NCBI GenBank assembly: GCA_031835245.2
Contig: JAVKOQ020000001.1
Location: forward strand, 620,001-684,000
From: Balamuthia mandrillaris
Taxonomy: Eukaryota
Direction of reading: 5' to 3'
Length of the DNA stretch: 64,000 bases
Shown here: in pieces, positions 21,471 through 35,599 of the stretch
Layout of the letters: each line of letters opens with the position of its first letter
How positions within the stretch are numbered: the stretch's first letter is position 1
Notes under the pieces: model-generated
What the model was told of the DNA's origin: nothing
What the model saw: only the letters and a program-made list of their open reading frames with translations
Databases searched by the model: none
Made by a program: the position numbers and the translations under genes

Positions 21471-23187
21471 ATGGAGGCCACGCCGAAGCCACAGATCAAA
21501 GCGCTAGTGCTCGACATAGAAGGAACCCTCACCCCCATGTATTGCTTTCCCGCCCCTGGTTCATCTTTTTTTAAAAAAATCTTTACCGCTGACCTTTTCT
21601 TCTTCCTCTTCTTCAGTTCTTTTGTGGCCGACAAACTCTTCCCATACATCAGAAAGGAGTTGGAGGGCTACCTCGACGAGCACTGGGAGGAGGAGAGCCT
21701 TCAGGTCGATGTGGAGGGGCTCCGTAAGCTCGCGCTGGCCGACCGGGAGGAAGGCGGCCGTGAGGACGTGGTTCTCATCCCTACCGCTGCGGAGGAGCCC
21801 AACAAAGACGCCATCAAGAGCGCTGTTGTCAAGAACGTCATCGCGCAGATGGACATTGACCGAAAGACCACTGCTTTGAAAGGTTTCAACTTTTTTTTTT
21901 TTTTTTTTGAAGAGGCTACCACCGTCGCTGACACTGGTCGTTTTTGTGTAACCCTAACATCTTCAACAAAAATGAACAGCTTTGCAAGGACATATGTGGC
22001 AACATGGTTATGCCAGTGGTGAGTTGAAGGGAGAGTATGTACAAGGCTTTTACCCGTTTTCCCACTTCCTTGCTCTCAGATAAGCTAACCACCTTCTCTT
22101 TTTCTCCCTCTCTCTTCATCTCCGGTTTCTTCTTTTCGTTCCTCCCTCCTTCGTCCTCGCTTTTCCTTCGTTTGTTTCCTTCTCCTATGGCAAACAAAAA
22201 AGGCTATTCTTGGACGTGGCTCCAGCTCTCTACCAGTTCCGCGGGGAGGGTATCCCCATCTACATTTACTCCTCGGGTAGCGTGGAAGCCCAGAAGCTGC
22301 TCCTCAAGTACTCCACCGAAGGAGACATGCTGCCTCTCTTTGCCGGCCACTTTGACACCAAAATAGGCTCCAAGCTGGAAGCGCAGAGCTATCGCAACAT
22401 AGCTGCAGAGATTGGCCTACAAGGAGAGGGCCGAGAGCAGCACATCCTCTTCATTACGGACAACATACTGGAGGCCCAAGCGGCCTCTTCGGTGTCGTGG
22501 CAGGTGCTGTTGACGAAGCGACCGGGCAACAAGGAGCTCCCTGCTCAGCACCCATTCCATGTCGTCACCTCGTTGGAGTACCTTTGGAAGGAAGAGAAGA
22601 ACAAGAAGGAGGAAGAGAAGAAGGAGAACGAGAATCAGTGCTCCCTGTTTCCTTTTCAACTGCCACCATTGAAGCATCCTCGGTGTGGAGTGGCGGTTTG
22701 TATCGTTCACTCCGTTGAGGGAGAAGAAAAGGTACTGGTGGGATTGAGAAAAGGTTCGCATGGAGCGGGGCAGTGGGCCTTTCCGGGAGGAGCTCTTGAG
22801 TATGGAGAGGAGCTTGAGGCTTGTGCACGGAGGGAGGTCCTCGAGGAAACAGGCCTCCACATTAAGAACATCCGCTTCTCCACCATTCTCAACGATACTG
22901 ACTATGGGCTTCACTTTGTGGTATTTCTTCTCTTCCATGTCTTTCCTTCCCTTTGCTTGTTTATGTTGTTTGGATATTCTCTCAACAGTTGCTTCCAATA
23001 ACAGTGTCCCGTGATGCAGGCAGAGGTAGATGGCGATGCGACGCCACTAGTAATGGAACCCCAAAAATGTGAACGATGGGAGTGGGTTTCATGGGATAAC
23101 CTTCCAACCCCATGCTTCAGCGGTCTTCGCATGTTGAAAGCCCAATCCTGGTCACCCTTTTCTTCTTCTGCTTCCTCTTCCTCGTAG
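21471..23187 (+). CDS. ENOPH1: Enolase-phosphatase E1 (MtnC/ENOPH1, HAD) fused to a NUDT15-like Nudix hydrolase
   Basis: LDIEGTLTP, LFPYI, DRKTTALKALQGHMW, IYSSGSVEAQKLL, HFDTKIGSK and LFITDN; then in the same frame PRCGVAV, Nudix box GGALEYGEELEACARREVLEETGL and MEPQKCERWEWVSWDNLP. Confidence 0.9.
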
Positions 23188-23237
23188 CACGAAGCGATAA
23201 ATTCACTCTTTTGCTCTCCGCGCCAACCCACAAAGAC

Positions 23238-23480
23238 AAGAGGGAGAGAGGAGAGAGGAGAGAGGAGAGAGGAGAGAGGAGAGAGGGGAGAGAGGAGAGA
23301 GGAGAGAGGAGAGAGGGAGAGAGGGAGAGAGGAGAGAGGAGAGGGAGAGAGGAGAGAGGAGAGAGGGAGAGAGGAGAGAGGAGAGAGAGAGAGGGGAGAG
23401 AGGAGAGAGGAGAGAGGGAGAGAGGAGAGAGGAGAGAGGAGAGAGGAGAGAGGAGAGAGGAGAGAGGAGAGAGGAGAGAG
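23238..23480. repeat. Polypurine microsatellite (GAGAG/GAGAGAG units)
   Basis: About 240 nt made only of G and A, between the ENOPH1-Nudix stop and the AKR start. Confidence 0.95.
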
Positions 23481-23541
23481 CAGGACCACGAATTTTTTCC
23501 TGGAAAATCTCAAAAGAATTAATAAAAAAACAAGACCGAAG

Positions 23542-25016
<1,475 letters not shown>

Positions 25017-25205
25017 AACAGGGAGCAATGGGCTTATTTTTATTCCTCTTTCTTTCTTCTTTTTTTAATTTTGTTGCTCGTATATTAACACGTTTGCTCA
25101 ATTACATTTTTTTAAAAAGACAAAAGGAGGTCTATTAATTAGTCTTCAAGAAGAAAGCGCAAAAGCGTGTAAATTCCTTCCTCATCCTTGCATAACCACA
25201 CTTTG

Positions 25206-26961
25206 ATGTTTCTCTCTCTTTCAACTACCTCCCTTCTTCTGCTTCTTCTGCTGGCAGGAGCGCGTGCTGTGTCAGGTCAACGAACGCTAATACCAGAGGA
25301 AGAAGCTGAAACCATTTTCGAACGTACGTTTTTTTTTTTTTTGTTTGTTTGTTTAAACACAGTGCCAACATAACCTATTTTAAAAAAACCAAAGTTCCCC
25401 AGGTACAGGTACGTTTGTTGAAGGAGGCTGGCTTTGCAGGCTTTATTGTGCCGAAAGACCGAACGGGCAAGGTCTTGGAGAAGTACTGGGCCTATCTTGG
25501 CATTACAGGGTTCAGGGAGCTCAGGTGCACCAAATTGAATGCCGATGGTCTTTATTTTATTTCTTTTTTGCTGGTAAACTTAGTCTCAGCTAAACTCACT
25601 TCTATTTGCTTCGTGTCGTTTTCCTTCTTCACCTCCTTCTTTCGTTTCGTGTCCACAGGTCAGCCGTGGGCCAGCTGTGACAAAACCTTCACCGCTTTCG
25701 TGTACAACCTTACCGATCCCTCCTCACCTCGTGTAAAGCACGCGAAACACAACGTGGTGGAAGTGTTCTGGCCAGAATTGGGAGGCCCTGGTGGTAATTT
25801 CTCTTTTATCGTGGAAGGCGTTGCCGAAGAAGAAACTCGAACATTCACGTTAGTTAATGACTAGTGAGAGAAAAAATTCTCCTTACTTGTTCTTCTTGTT
25901 CATGCTGATGTCTTCTTTCATCAGGAACGAATACGGGAAAACGAGGTCTATTGATGTAGCGGCCAATGCTCTCAAGTTCTCTGTCAAGGCTTCCAATTAT
26001 ACCTCGCGTGTCCTTAGCGATGGTGAGCACTACTATGACGGCACTTCTGGTTATTTCACAGTAATAGCTTTATGGATAGAGGTTCGTTATCATTTTACGT
26101 ATTATTAGTCTTTGTTGCTCATGACTTCTTATCTCCTGTCTTTTGCAATCTTTCCTGATACGATCAACACAAGGCTGAAATGTCGGCATGGATAGTCCCA
26201 CAAGACAGTTTCGGACAAAAGTTTGTGCCAACAATGCCTGCCATCTTTGAAAGCACCGCTGATCAAGTCGTATCCTATGTTAATACCGTGCAAGACGAGT
26301 TTAGAGTTCGAATCAGCCAGGTTACACTCTTTTGCCCTGTTTGCTTTCTTTCTTGTCATACTTTATAATATTTAATTGTTTTTTTTTAACAAACAGGCAA
26401 CGTTTTCGTTGAACAATCCAGCATCAGCCTCGATAAAACGTTTTCCAGAGGAGCCGGAGGAATGGGGCTTTGAGCAGCTTGACTTTTCTTTGGAAGGGTG
26501 GAATTATACAGCAGCCTATCCTTATACCTCCAAATTCGACTTTGAGCTTCGCTTGGTGGGAGGTGTTGATATGCTTTATGATCCCGGTTTGCTTTTGCCT
26601 CTTCTTTCTGCTTTCTTCTTTCATCTTTTTTTTAACAACCTAATTTTGCTTTTTCGGTTTAGATTTGTCTATATTGTTGGACTTGGGAGATGACTACGAG
26701 GATGGCGAGGACGGGGTGATTGAGGACGGAGCAGATGGCAACAGTGGATCCGCTTCAGAAGGAAAGAAGGAAGGCGATAGTGACGACAACTCCACTGCTG
26801 TTATCATAGCCGTCTCCGTGGTGGTTCCTGTGATAGTGCTGGCAGCAGCTGCTGCCATCGTCACTGGCATCATTCTCAAGAAACGACAACAGAGTGCAAA
26901 CTCGCAACGCATGAAAAGACTTTCTACCATGGTTAGTAAGGAGCAAATCGGCACCATCTGA
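25206..26961 (+). CDS. Uncharacterised type I membrane protein (multi-exon)
   Basis: N-terminal signal peptide (LLLLLLLAGARA), beta-rich ectodomain exons, acidic stalk, TM helix AVIIAVSVVVPVIVLAAAAAIVTGIIL followed by KKR. Confidence 0.7.
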
Positions 26962-27021
26962 AGCAAAACAAAGAACAATGTTAACCTATTGGCGAAAGAA
27001 GACGCATTAGACAAGAGGAGC

Positions 27022-27179
27022 GATAAGAGAGAGGATAAGAGCGAGGAGAAGAGATGAGAGAAGAAGATCGGAGGAGAGCGAGGATAAGGCCACGCGAGAT
27101 AGCGTTGAAGATAGGATAAGAGAGAGGATAAGAGCGAGGATAAGAGCTAGTTAGGAGAGAAGAGAGGAGAGAGGATAAG
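27022..27179 (+). promoter_or_regulatory. Array of seven GATAAG motifs upstream of UMP synthase
   Basis: GATAAG at 27022, 27034, 27083, 27115, 27127, 27139 and 27174, all on one strand, ending 60 bp before the ATG. Confidence 0.45.
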
Positions 27180-27238
27180 AGATTGACAAAAGAAAAGAAA
27201 AGAGAAAAACAAAGAACGAGAGTGAGAGAGTGAGAGAG

Positions 27239-29004
27239 ATGGAAGAAAAAAGAGGCTTGGAGGAGGTGGTGCTGAAGCTGCACGAGCACGGTGCCATCAA
27301 GTTGGGCCAGTTCAAGCTCAAGTCCGGTGTGACGTCGCCCATCTACGTGGACCTCCGGGTGGTGCCCTCCTACCCAGCCACCATGCAACTCTTGGTGGAG
27401 GTCATGTGGGACAAGTTCATCAAAGAGTGAGTGTCATTTTAGTGATCAAAATGCGATTCTCGTCCCCTCCCCCCCCAAACTCATCACTCAGTGAAACAAC
27501 AACCATCACACAGAGTCTCCTCTGAGCAGGCGGAACTGGTGTGTGGAGTGCCGTACGGAGCGTTGCCGTTAGCCAGCTGCGTGGCCCTCAAATACGGCGT
27601 CCCTATGATCGTCTGCCGAAAGGAGATGAAGGCCAAGGACTACGGCACCAAGAACGAGGTGGAAGGCGTCTACTCGCAGGGACAAGCTGCAGTGGTCATG
27701 GAGGACGTCATGACCAGCGGTGGCAGCATCCAGCAGACGGTGGAAGGCCTTCGTCGGAATGGCCTCAAGGTGGAGCACGCTGTGGTTTTCTTGGATAGAG
27801 AGCAAGGAGGTGCCAAGAACTTGGCCTCTCTCTCTGGTGGAGGCGTTCGAGTGACGGCTGCCGTCACCATTCGCGTCCTGTTGGACATTTTGAAGAGGCA
27901 TGAACGAGTGGAGGGCGCGCTGGTGCAGAAGGTCGATGAGTATCTTGCTCAGCAAGAAGCTGTCTCCGCGTCCGGCGACAGCAACGTTGCTAAGGCTGAC
28001 GAAAAACCGGCCGAGAGCATTAAGCCTACCTTTGCACAAAGGTTCCTGCTTTCCTGTGTTCTAGTTTCTCTCCTTTCCTTTGCTTTTTTTCTCTTCCCTT
28101 TTTTTTGTTTGAAGAAATCTTTATTTTTCTAAAATATGTGTTGGTGGACACAGGGCAAAGGAGAGCAAGAACTCCGTGGCGAAAGCACTATTTGAGTTGA
28201 TGGAGCGAAAGAAAACAAACTTGGCTGTGGCTGTAGATGTCGTACGGAAAGAGCAGCTGTTGAAACTGGCGGATGAACTTGGCTCTGAAATCTGCATGCT
28301 GAAAACACACTGTGACATCGTTGAAGACTTTGACCAAGAAACAGGTACGTCAAAACGGAACCTCGTCACCCATGCTCCATATAATCTTACGCACCATGAT
28401 TACAAAAGGAAAGCAACTTCAACAAATAGCTGAGAAACACGACTTTCTCATTTTTGAGGATCGAAAGTTTGCAGACATTGGTTTTGTGGCCCAGCAGCAG
28501 TACGGCGGTGGCCCTTTCCGCATCTGTGATTGGGCCAACGTGGTAACATGCCACCTCGTTGCTGGAGAGAGCATTCTCTCCTCCATGTCGCAACACGCCG
28601 AAGCCACTCACCCACAACAAGCACGCGGCGCGCTCTTGATCGCCGAGATGAGCACCGTTGACGCCGCTTCTCGCGAGCAGCAAAACAGAGATGCACAAGT
28701 GGACAAAGCCTTGCGAGCAGCAGCCAATCATTCCAACTTTGTGGCTGGACTGATATGTCAACAGAGGCCAACGGAAGGAGCCCCTGACTCGCTCTTGTAT
28801 TGCTCTCCAGGAGTGAGAATTGGAGCGGAGGGTGATGGCATGGGACAGAGCTATCGCACTCCCGAGAAGGCGGTTTTGGACAATGCATGCGATGTCATTA
28901 TTGTGGGACGGGGCATCTGTGCTGCTGCATCGCCCAGAGAGGAAGCGCAGGTGTATCGCCGCAGCGGGTGGGACGCCTATCTTGCGCGTTTGCAACAATC
29001 GTGA
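27239..29004 (+). CDS. UMPS: UMP synthase (OPRTase + OMP decarboxylase)
   Basis: [25 protein letters not shown] and [10 protein letters not shown] (PRPP loop); [21 protein letters not shown] and IIVGRGI. Confidence 0.96.
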
Positions 29005-29084
29005 GTGTTCTACATCCCCCACGTTGAGAGTGAAATGATAAACGAAGATTTATTGAAATGTTAACGGCGTTGAATGGTGCCAAT

Positions 29085-32000
29085 TTAGTCGCTCTCCGAG
29101 CTACTTTCGCTTTCGTCATCCTCTACTTTGGCCTTCTCTTCCTCGTGCTCGGATTCTTCCTCTGAAGAAGAACTGCTCTCCTTCTCTTTCTCCTTTTGCT
29201 CTTCTTTGGGCTCTTCTTGCTTGGCCTCCGCTTCTCCCTCTGAGGAAGAGCTGCTCTCGTCTTCATCCTTGGCCACTTCCTTTGGCTCTTCCTCCTTCTT
29301 CGGTTCCTCCTTCTTCTCGTCCTTCTTATTCTTCTTCTCCTCTTTCTTCTTTTCTTCTTTCTTCTTCTCTTCCTTCTTCTCTTCTTTCTTCTTCTCCTTG
29401 TCTTTGCCCTTGCCTTCGTCCTCTTTCTTCTTTTCCTCTTTTTTCTTGTCCTCCTTCTTCTCTTCTTTCTTCTTCTCCTCCTTGTCTTTGCCCTTGCCTT
29501 CGTCCCTCTTCTTATCTTTGGTCTCCTCTTTAGGAGCAGCAGCCGACGAACTACCGCCCTCCTCACCTCCCTTCGCAGCTTCTTCCTCAGCGATCTCCTT
29601 GTACATAGCGGCTATCTGCTCGGTGTAGGCCTTCTTCAGCTGCGGTCGCTTGGGCTTCAGAGTGGGAGTAACCAGGTTGCTATCGGGCAGCCATTCCTCG
29701 GTGACAATATGGACGGCCTTGATGTACTCAAAGCGTTGGAGCTTGTTGAGGGTGGCAATTTCGGCGAGGTCCTTTACAATGTGCTTGCGGATAGCCTTGT
29801 TCTGAGCTAGTTCCTCGAGATCATCGGATGATACCTCCAATTGCTTGCCAAGTGCTTTGAGGACAGCAGGATCCACCACGATGACGGCCACGAGACAGTT
29901 CTCAAAGCTGTCGCCGTAGACAAAGATCTGACTTACAAACTGGCTCCTTATGAAGACGCTCTCAAGCTTCTCGGCGGCAACGTACTCACCAATGGCCAGC
30001 TTGAAGATGTTCTTCTTACGGTCGATAATCTTTAGGGTGCCCTCTGGTGTCCACGTGCCAATGTCACCGGTATGGAACCACCCGTCTGCATCATAGTCCT
30101 CTGCTGTCTTCTCGGCGTCCTTATAATAGCCGAGAGAGACAGAGGGGCCTCGGATCCATATCTCTCCTGCGGGAGGGTCCGCCTTAGCAGAGTAGTCCAT
30201 CTCGGGCACATCCACAAGCTTGATCTCAACGCCCAACACGGGAGGACCAACCTGTCCCAGGGCGTTGTCCTTGGGGTTGGTAATACAGCCGGAGCTGCAG
30301 GTCTCAGTCAAACCGTAGCCCTGCACTACTGGGCAGCAGAAGCAGATACGAATAAACTCCTGAGTGGCTGCTCCAAGAGGCGCTCCTCCAGAGATGATGA
30401 GCCTGACGCGGCCACCGAGAGCGTTCTTAACAGACTTGAAGACTAGTAAGTTCCAGAGCATGGAGTCACCGCCCGTCTCCAACTTGTGTCGCTTGGCGTT
30501 GTAGCCCTTGGTGAAGAGCATCCTGGTTAGCTTGGGCTTCTTCTGGACGGCATCGTGAACTTTGGCGTAGATGCGGTCAAAGACGCGCGGCACACCTGCC
30601 ATCAAGGTTGGCTTCAACACCTCAATGTCTGCAACGAGGTTCCTGGGATCACCGCTGTAAAACCCAACTGAGGCTCCATTGCCCAACATCCCCGCAAAGC
30701 AGGTCCTCTCAAAGATGTGGGCCAGCGGCAAGTACGAGATGTAGACGTCATTGGTGTGAATGCCCTCTATCAAGGGAATTACAGAGGCTAGAGCAGCGGT
30801 GAAGTTGTTGTGGGTCAACATTACACCTTTTGGATTGCCGGTGGTGCCGCTCGTGTACATCAGGACGGCGAGGTCGCTGCCGGCGGGAGGATCGTGCTCC
30901 ACCTCGTTGTCCTTACCGTTCTGCTCGATCTCAGCCCAGGGGATGCCCTTGGCATGCTGCAGGTCGGGATAGGCCTCCTGCTCCTCTTTCTTGGCCTTCT
31001 TTATGGTATCCTCCATAACAATCGCGTACTTCAAGTTGGGACAGTCTTTTATGACTTTAGCCAACTGATGAATGCAGCAACCAAAGAGAAAGAGGTTAAA
31101 AGGTGATCTGGGGAGAGAAAAAATAGAAGAGCAATGCTAAGTCTTGTACCGTTTTAAGGCTTTGAGGAGCGCAGATAATGGTAGAGATTTCGGCGTGTTC
31201 GATGACATAAGAGACTGCCTCTTCGCCGAAGGTATCATAGATGGCGACTGTGACAAGGCCGTAGGCATTGGCCGCTTGTTCCGCAATGATCCACTCCTCC
31301 CTATTCTTGGCCCAGAGACCAATCTTGTCGCCTTTTTTGAGGCCAAGACCGCGCAACCCGGACCCAAAGTGAGTGACGCGGTCGGCAACCTGCTTATAAG
31401 TTTGCCATACGTAGCGACCAAACACCCACTCTTTCTTCCTTTGTACTGGCGTTTTTTAATAACAGGAATGAGGTCATAAAAATGGTCAGTTGCCTCATCC
31501 GTTCATCTCTCACACACACGCACACAGAAGAAAACAGAGGATAAGGATAAACTAACCGTATTCGCGAGTGCCGAGGCAAGGATTGTTCGGGAAACGTTTG
31601 ACTGACGTTCTGCACAAGTGGATTGCGTGTCAGAAATAGGTTGATGTAAATAATAACAAGAAAACGATAAAGCGTACTGGAAGTTCTTGTAAAGGGTGTC
31701 AATACCCTCGTAGAGCTCAGAAGCGAGATCTTTGCTTTCACCCACTCCCGCATTTCGTCGAATGCCCTCCTTCTCGTCATAAACGATACTCTGCCTCTTA
31801 AGGTCCGGATGCTTGTAGCTAGCTACCACGGGATTCTTGTTAAGCTCCACTGGGGCAGGCTTGGCCTCAGTGTGTCTTGGCGACTTTTGTTTCTCTTCTT
31901 TTTCCTTCTCTTTTTCCTTGCCCTTGTCTTTTTCCTTCTCTTTACCTTTTTCCTTCTCCTTCTCCTTCCCTTTGCCTTTGCCCTCTTCGCCATCTGACTT

Positions 32001-32600
32001 CTTGTCTTCCCCTGCTGCGCCGGTAGCCTTCTCCTTTTCTCCTTCGTCATCGGAAGAGGATGAGGAGTCTTCGTCTTCATTTTCTTCCTTCTCCTCTTCC
32101 TTCTTTTCCTGTTCTGTTACTTCGGTCTTCTTTGCTGCTTCGCTCATCTCATCGGAAGAAGACTTGTTGCCCTTCTTCTTTCCTTCCTCCTTCTCTTCCT
32201 CTGAGCTAGAAGAAGAAGAATTCTCAGAAGCGTCTTCTTTTTTCTCTTCTTCCTTAGCTTTGGGAGACTCTTTTTCTTTCTTCTCCGAAACGGCCTCTTC
32301 ATCCTTTTTATCGATCTTCTTTTTATCTACCTTTTTCTCAGCCTTCTTCTTTTCCTTTTCTTCTGCGGCTTTCTTGGCCTCTTCTTTCTTCTTGTTTTTT
32401 TCCTCATTAGCGGCCGCCTTTTGGTCCTTCTTGGCCTCAGACCCGTGCTTATCCTTCTTTGATTCTGCGTCTTTCTTTTCTGCCGTACCGTTTTCTTTTT
32501 TGTCGTGTTTGGGCTCTGTGTCAGTGGCGGCGGCAGCCTTCTTGTCCTTCTTGGCCTCAGCCCCGTTGGACTTGGCCTTTTTATCTTTTTTCTCACTCAT
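29085..32600 (-). CDS. Long-chain fatty acyl-CoA synthetase with K/E-rich terminal extensions
   Basis: MYTSGTTGNPKG, YLPLAHIFER, QGYGLTET, GWFHTGDIG, IIDRKKNIFKLAIGEY and VTPTLKPKR; start MSEKKDKK at 32600. Confidence 0.94.
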
Positions 32601-33156
32601 AGCAACGAAGATAGGAACTGGTTCAAAAACAGACAATTTTAAGCGAGCGACTTTAAAAAAACTCACAAAGAACCGGTCACACAGTAAGCAAAATAAGAGG
32701 TGCACAAACCTTTTTTTTTAAGCTTACAACGCAACGATGATAACCAAAAGCCCTTCTGTGCCGCTTAGCAAGAGAAAGGGAGAGAGATAGGACTGCTGAG
32801 AAAAAAGTGACGGAAAAAAAAAAGTAAAGAAAAAAAATCAAACAAGGACTCAGATTTGACCACCAATCAACAACAACCTGCAAGCTCCCGAAGCGTCGTG
32901 CGCCCCTCTGCTCCGGTTTTCCTTTTCCGTTCCATAAACTCCAATAATTGTCGACATTTCTTTTCTCCGTTTCTCCGGCTTTGAAATCTCCTCCGATTTT
33001 CTGTCTATCCTTTTTTGACAGAAAAAAGAAAAAAAAAGGAGAAAAGAGAAGCAAAAGAAAAAAGAATGAGCAATCGTTCAAGAGTTTGTTTTTCGAAAGC
33101 AAGAACCAAGCTGAGCTGTACATGCGCGTTAGGGTGGGGTTGGTTGTGGCTGCCTG

Positions 33157-34846
33157 CTAGGAAGAAGTGGGAGCTTGGGAGTTGCCACCGTCAGAAAGAA
33201 AGGTGATCTTGGAGGAGGAAGGGAAGATGCGTTCCATCAGCTCCCAAGGGAGACCCTCCCACGCGCTCTCGGAGAAAACGGTCGTTGCGGAAGGTGCTCG
33301 CCCTTCGGCCTGCATTCGTTGCTCCTCCTCCAGTTTGCGTTGAATTCGTTCCACACAAAGGTTCAGCAAGCTCTTCACACCAAAGCTTCTAAACTCCATT
33401 ATTCCATGTTTCGTTCCTGCAAAGAGAGAAGAGAGGAAAGGAATTAAGAATAGGAAAGGGACAAAAAGAAAACAAGATAAAGAAGAAACGGACCAACGAA
33501 AAGCTTGGTGCCGTCACAAGAGAACGCAAGTCCAGTGGCGTAAGTAAATCGTGGCTCGTGGCTCTTTTCTCCATTGATGTTGCCATCGTCGTCGCGATCG
33601 GAGGACCCCACTTTCAATTCGATGATTTGGTGTTCAGCTTTTGGCTTGTGAGGATTCACTATGTGCAGCCTCTTCCTCTCCACAAATGCTAATAAATCCG
33701 TCGTTGGCCCAGCTCTGCTGTACCGAATGGCATATGCTGGTTTCTAACCAAAACAAGAAATATAAGAAAGAAGAAAAGAGAAAGACAAGAAAGAAACAAG
33801 AAAGGAAAAACAAACCTCGGTTTTAATTCGACCGAGTTCTTGCCCGGTAAAGGCGTCCCACCAAGCCACCAACTTGCACTCGCTGGAAACGGCGTACATC
33901 TCGCTCTCAGCAGACCACGCCGCGTACTGCGGACAATCATCTGCAATGCTCCACCTCAATCGCCGAGATGGCAATGAGTCATCCTGTGGTTGTGCTTCGT
34001 TCATGCCAAAGGTTCGACATAATGAATAGGCTTCCGTGCCAAACTCCTGGGCTCGTCGATAGTCCTCATCCTCTTCGCTTTCTTCTTCTTCATCTTCGTC
34101 TTCATCTCTTGCTGCCCCGCGTCGTGGGCGGTTCACAAGGGATATCATGATGTCACCATGCCTTCGGAAAAAGTCTTCAACCTGTCCTCCTAATTGTTGT
34201 CCAATCCATTGCAAGAAATCGCGTCGTTGTTCTTCGTTGAGGGCAACCTCTTCCCCCTCACCTTGCGCTACCACTTCTAGCTCTTCTTCACTTAAATCTT
34301 CCTCGTCTTCTTCCATTGAATCTTCTTGTTCATCTTCTTCGTATAAGTAGTCTTCTTCACCGTCTACGTCTTCCTCATAATCTTCATCTTCTTCCCTGTT
34401 GTTTTGTGCGCCTTCCTCCTGTTGTGCAGATTCAACCGTTTGTGTTGTTTCAGCAGCGTGTGCTTGTTGCTCTTCCCCTCCTCCAGTTGGTCTAGTGTCA
34501 CCATCCGTGAGATGTTGTAAGTTTTCTCTATTAGCTTGCTCTTGTTTCTCTGCTGCAAGTTTCTCTTTCTCTGCTTGTTCTTGTTGTTGCTTCTGTCTTC
34601 TCTCTTGCGCTTTCAGGTCAGCAACATAGTGATCTATCGTATATACATTGACATAGTCCTTATCTCCAACGGCGAGGAAGCGTTGGTTGTCGTGGCTGCA
34701 GCTCACATAGTTCACAGCAGCCGGTAGCTTCATCGTTGCCACTACTTCCATCTCCGGCAAATTTATAACTATCAAATGAGAGTGAGAAAGCGAAGAAAAA
34801 ACGAAGCAAATGCAGATGACAGAAGTGAAAAGAAGAGAGGCGGGTG

Positions 34847-34883
<37 letters not shown>

Positions 34884-35599
34884 GGAGAGAGGGAGAGAGA
34901 GAGAGAGAGAAGAGAGAACAGGGCAATTTGTATGAGAGGATATAAACGAACCAGAAAGGATGCCGCTGTTGCGAGCAAGGAAGAGACGAAGCTCTCCGCC
35001 ATGGTAGTTGATGTCAACCCCATTGTTCATATCTTGCATAATGGCACTGCGCGGCGGATGTTTCGCACTCGGGCATAAGACCCTGTATAGATGCACTGAT
35101 TAAACCAACAAGTTGGGAGGGAGAGGAAGCTGGTTGTGTTTTCTGAAACTAACGTGTCATCTTTCAGTCGCTTGACGATGAGAGTGTTCATGCCGCAAGC
35201 CACGAGGAAGCCATACTTTACACAAATCGAGTAGAGGGTGCCTGACCTACAATCTTGTACCGCTGGTCGTGCCTACACATTTTCATTTTGAAAAAAAAAA
35301 GTGGTCAGCAAAAGTAGTCGAGGGAGGGAGGGAGAGAGACAGAGAGACAGAGAGAGAAGAAATGATTTGATGTATTAAAAAACCATTCTGGTTCTTGTGT
35401 TGTACTCGTAGAGGTTGGACTTGTGAATGAAGAAGAGGACGTCGGGGTCATCCTCGCTGGCGGCGAGGGAATCGCAGGTTTGGTAGTGGCCCGTATCAGC
35501 GGGGTGCTCGTGAAGCGTGTACTTGGGGTTGAAGAAGAGGACGTCCAAGTTGACCTGCTCCTCCTCCTTGTGGCTCGGTTCTGCGGCTGCGCTCTCCAT
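33157..35599 (-). CDS. WD40-like beta-propeller protein with acidic insert and C-terminal BC/SOCS-box-like motif
   Basis: WD-like strands (AAVNYVSCSHDNQRFLAVGD, QYAAWSAESEMYAVSSE..VAWWD, TGLAFSCDGTKLFV); C-terminus VKSLLNLCVERI...LPWELMERI. Confidence 0.7.
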
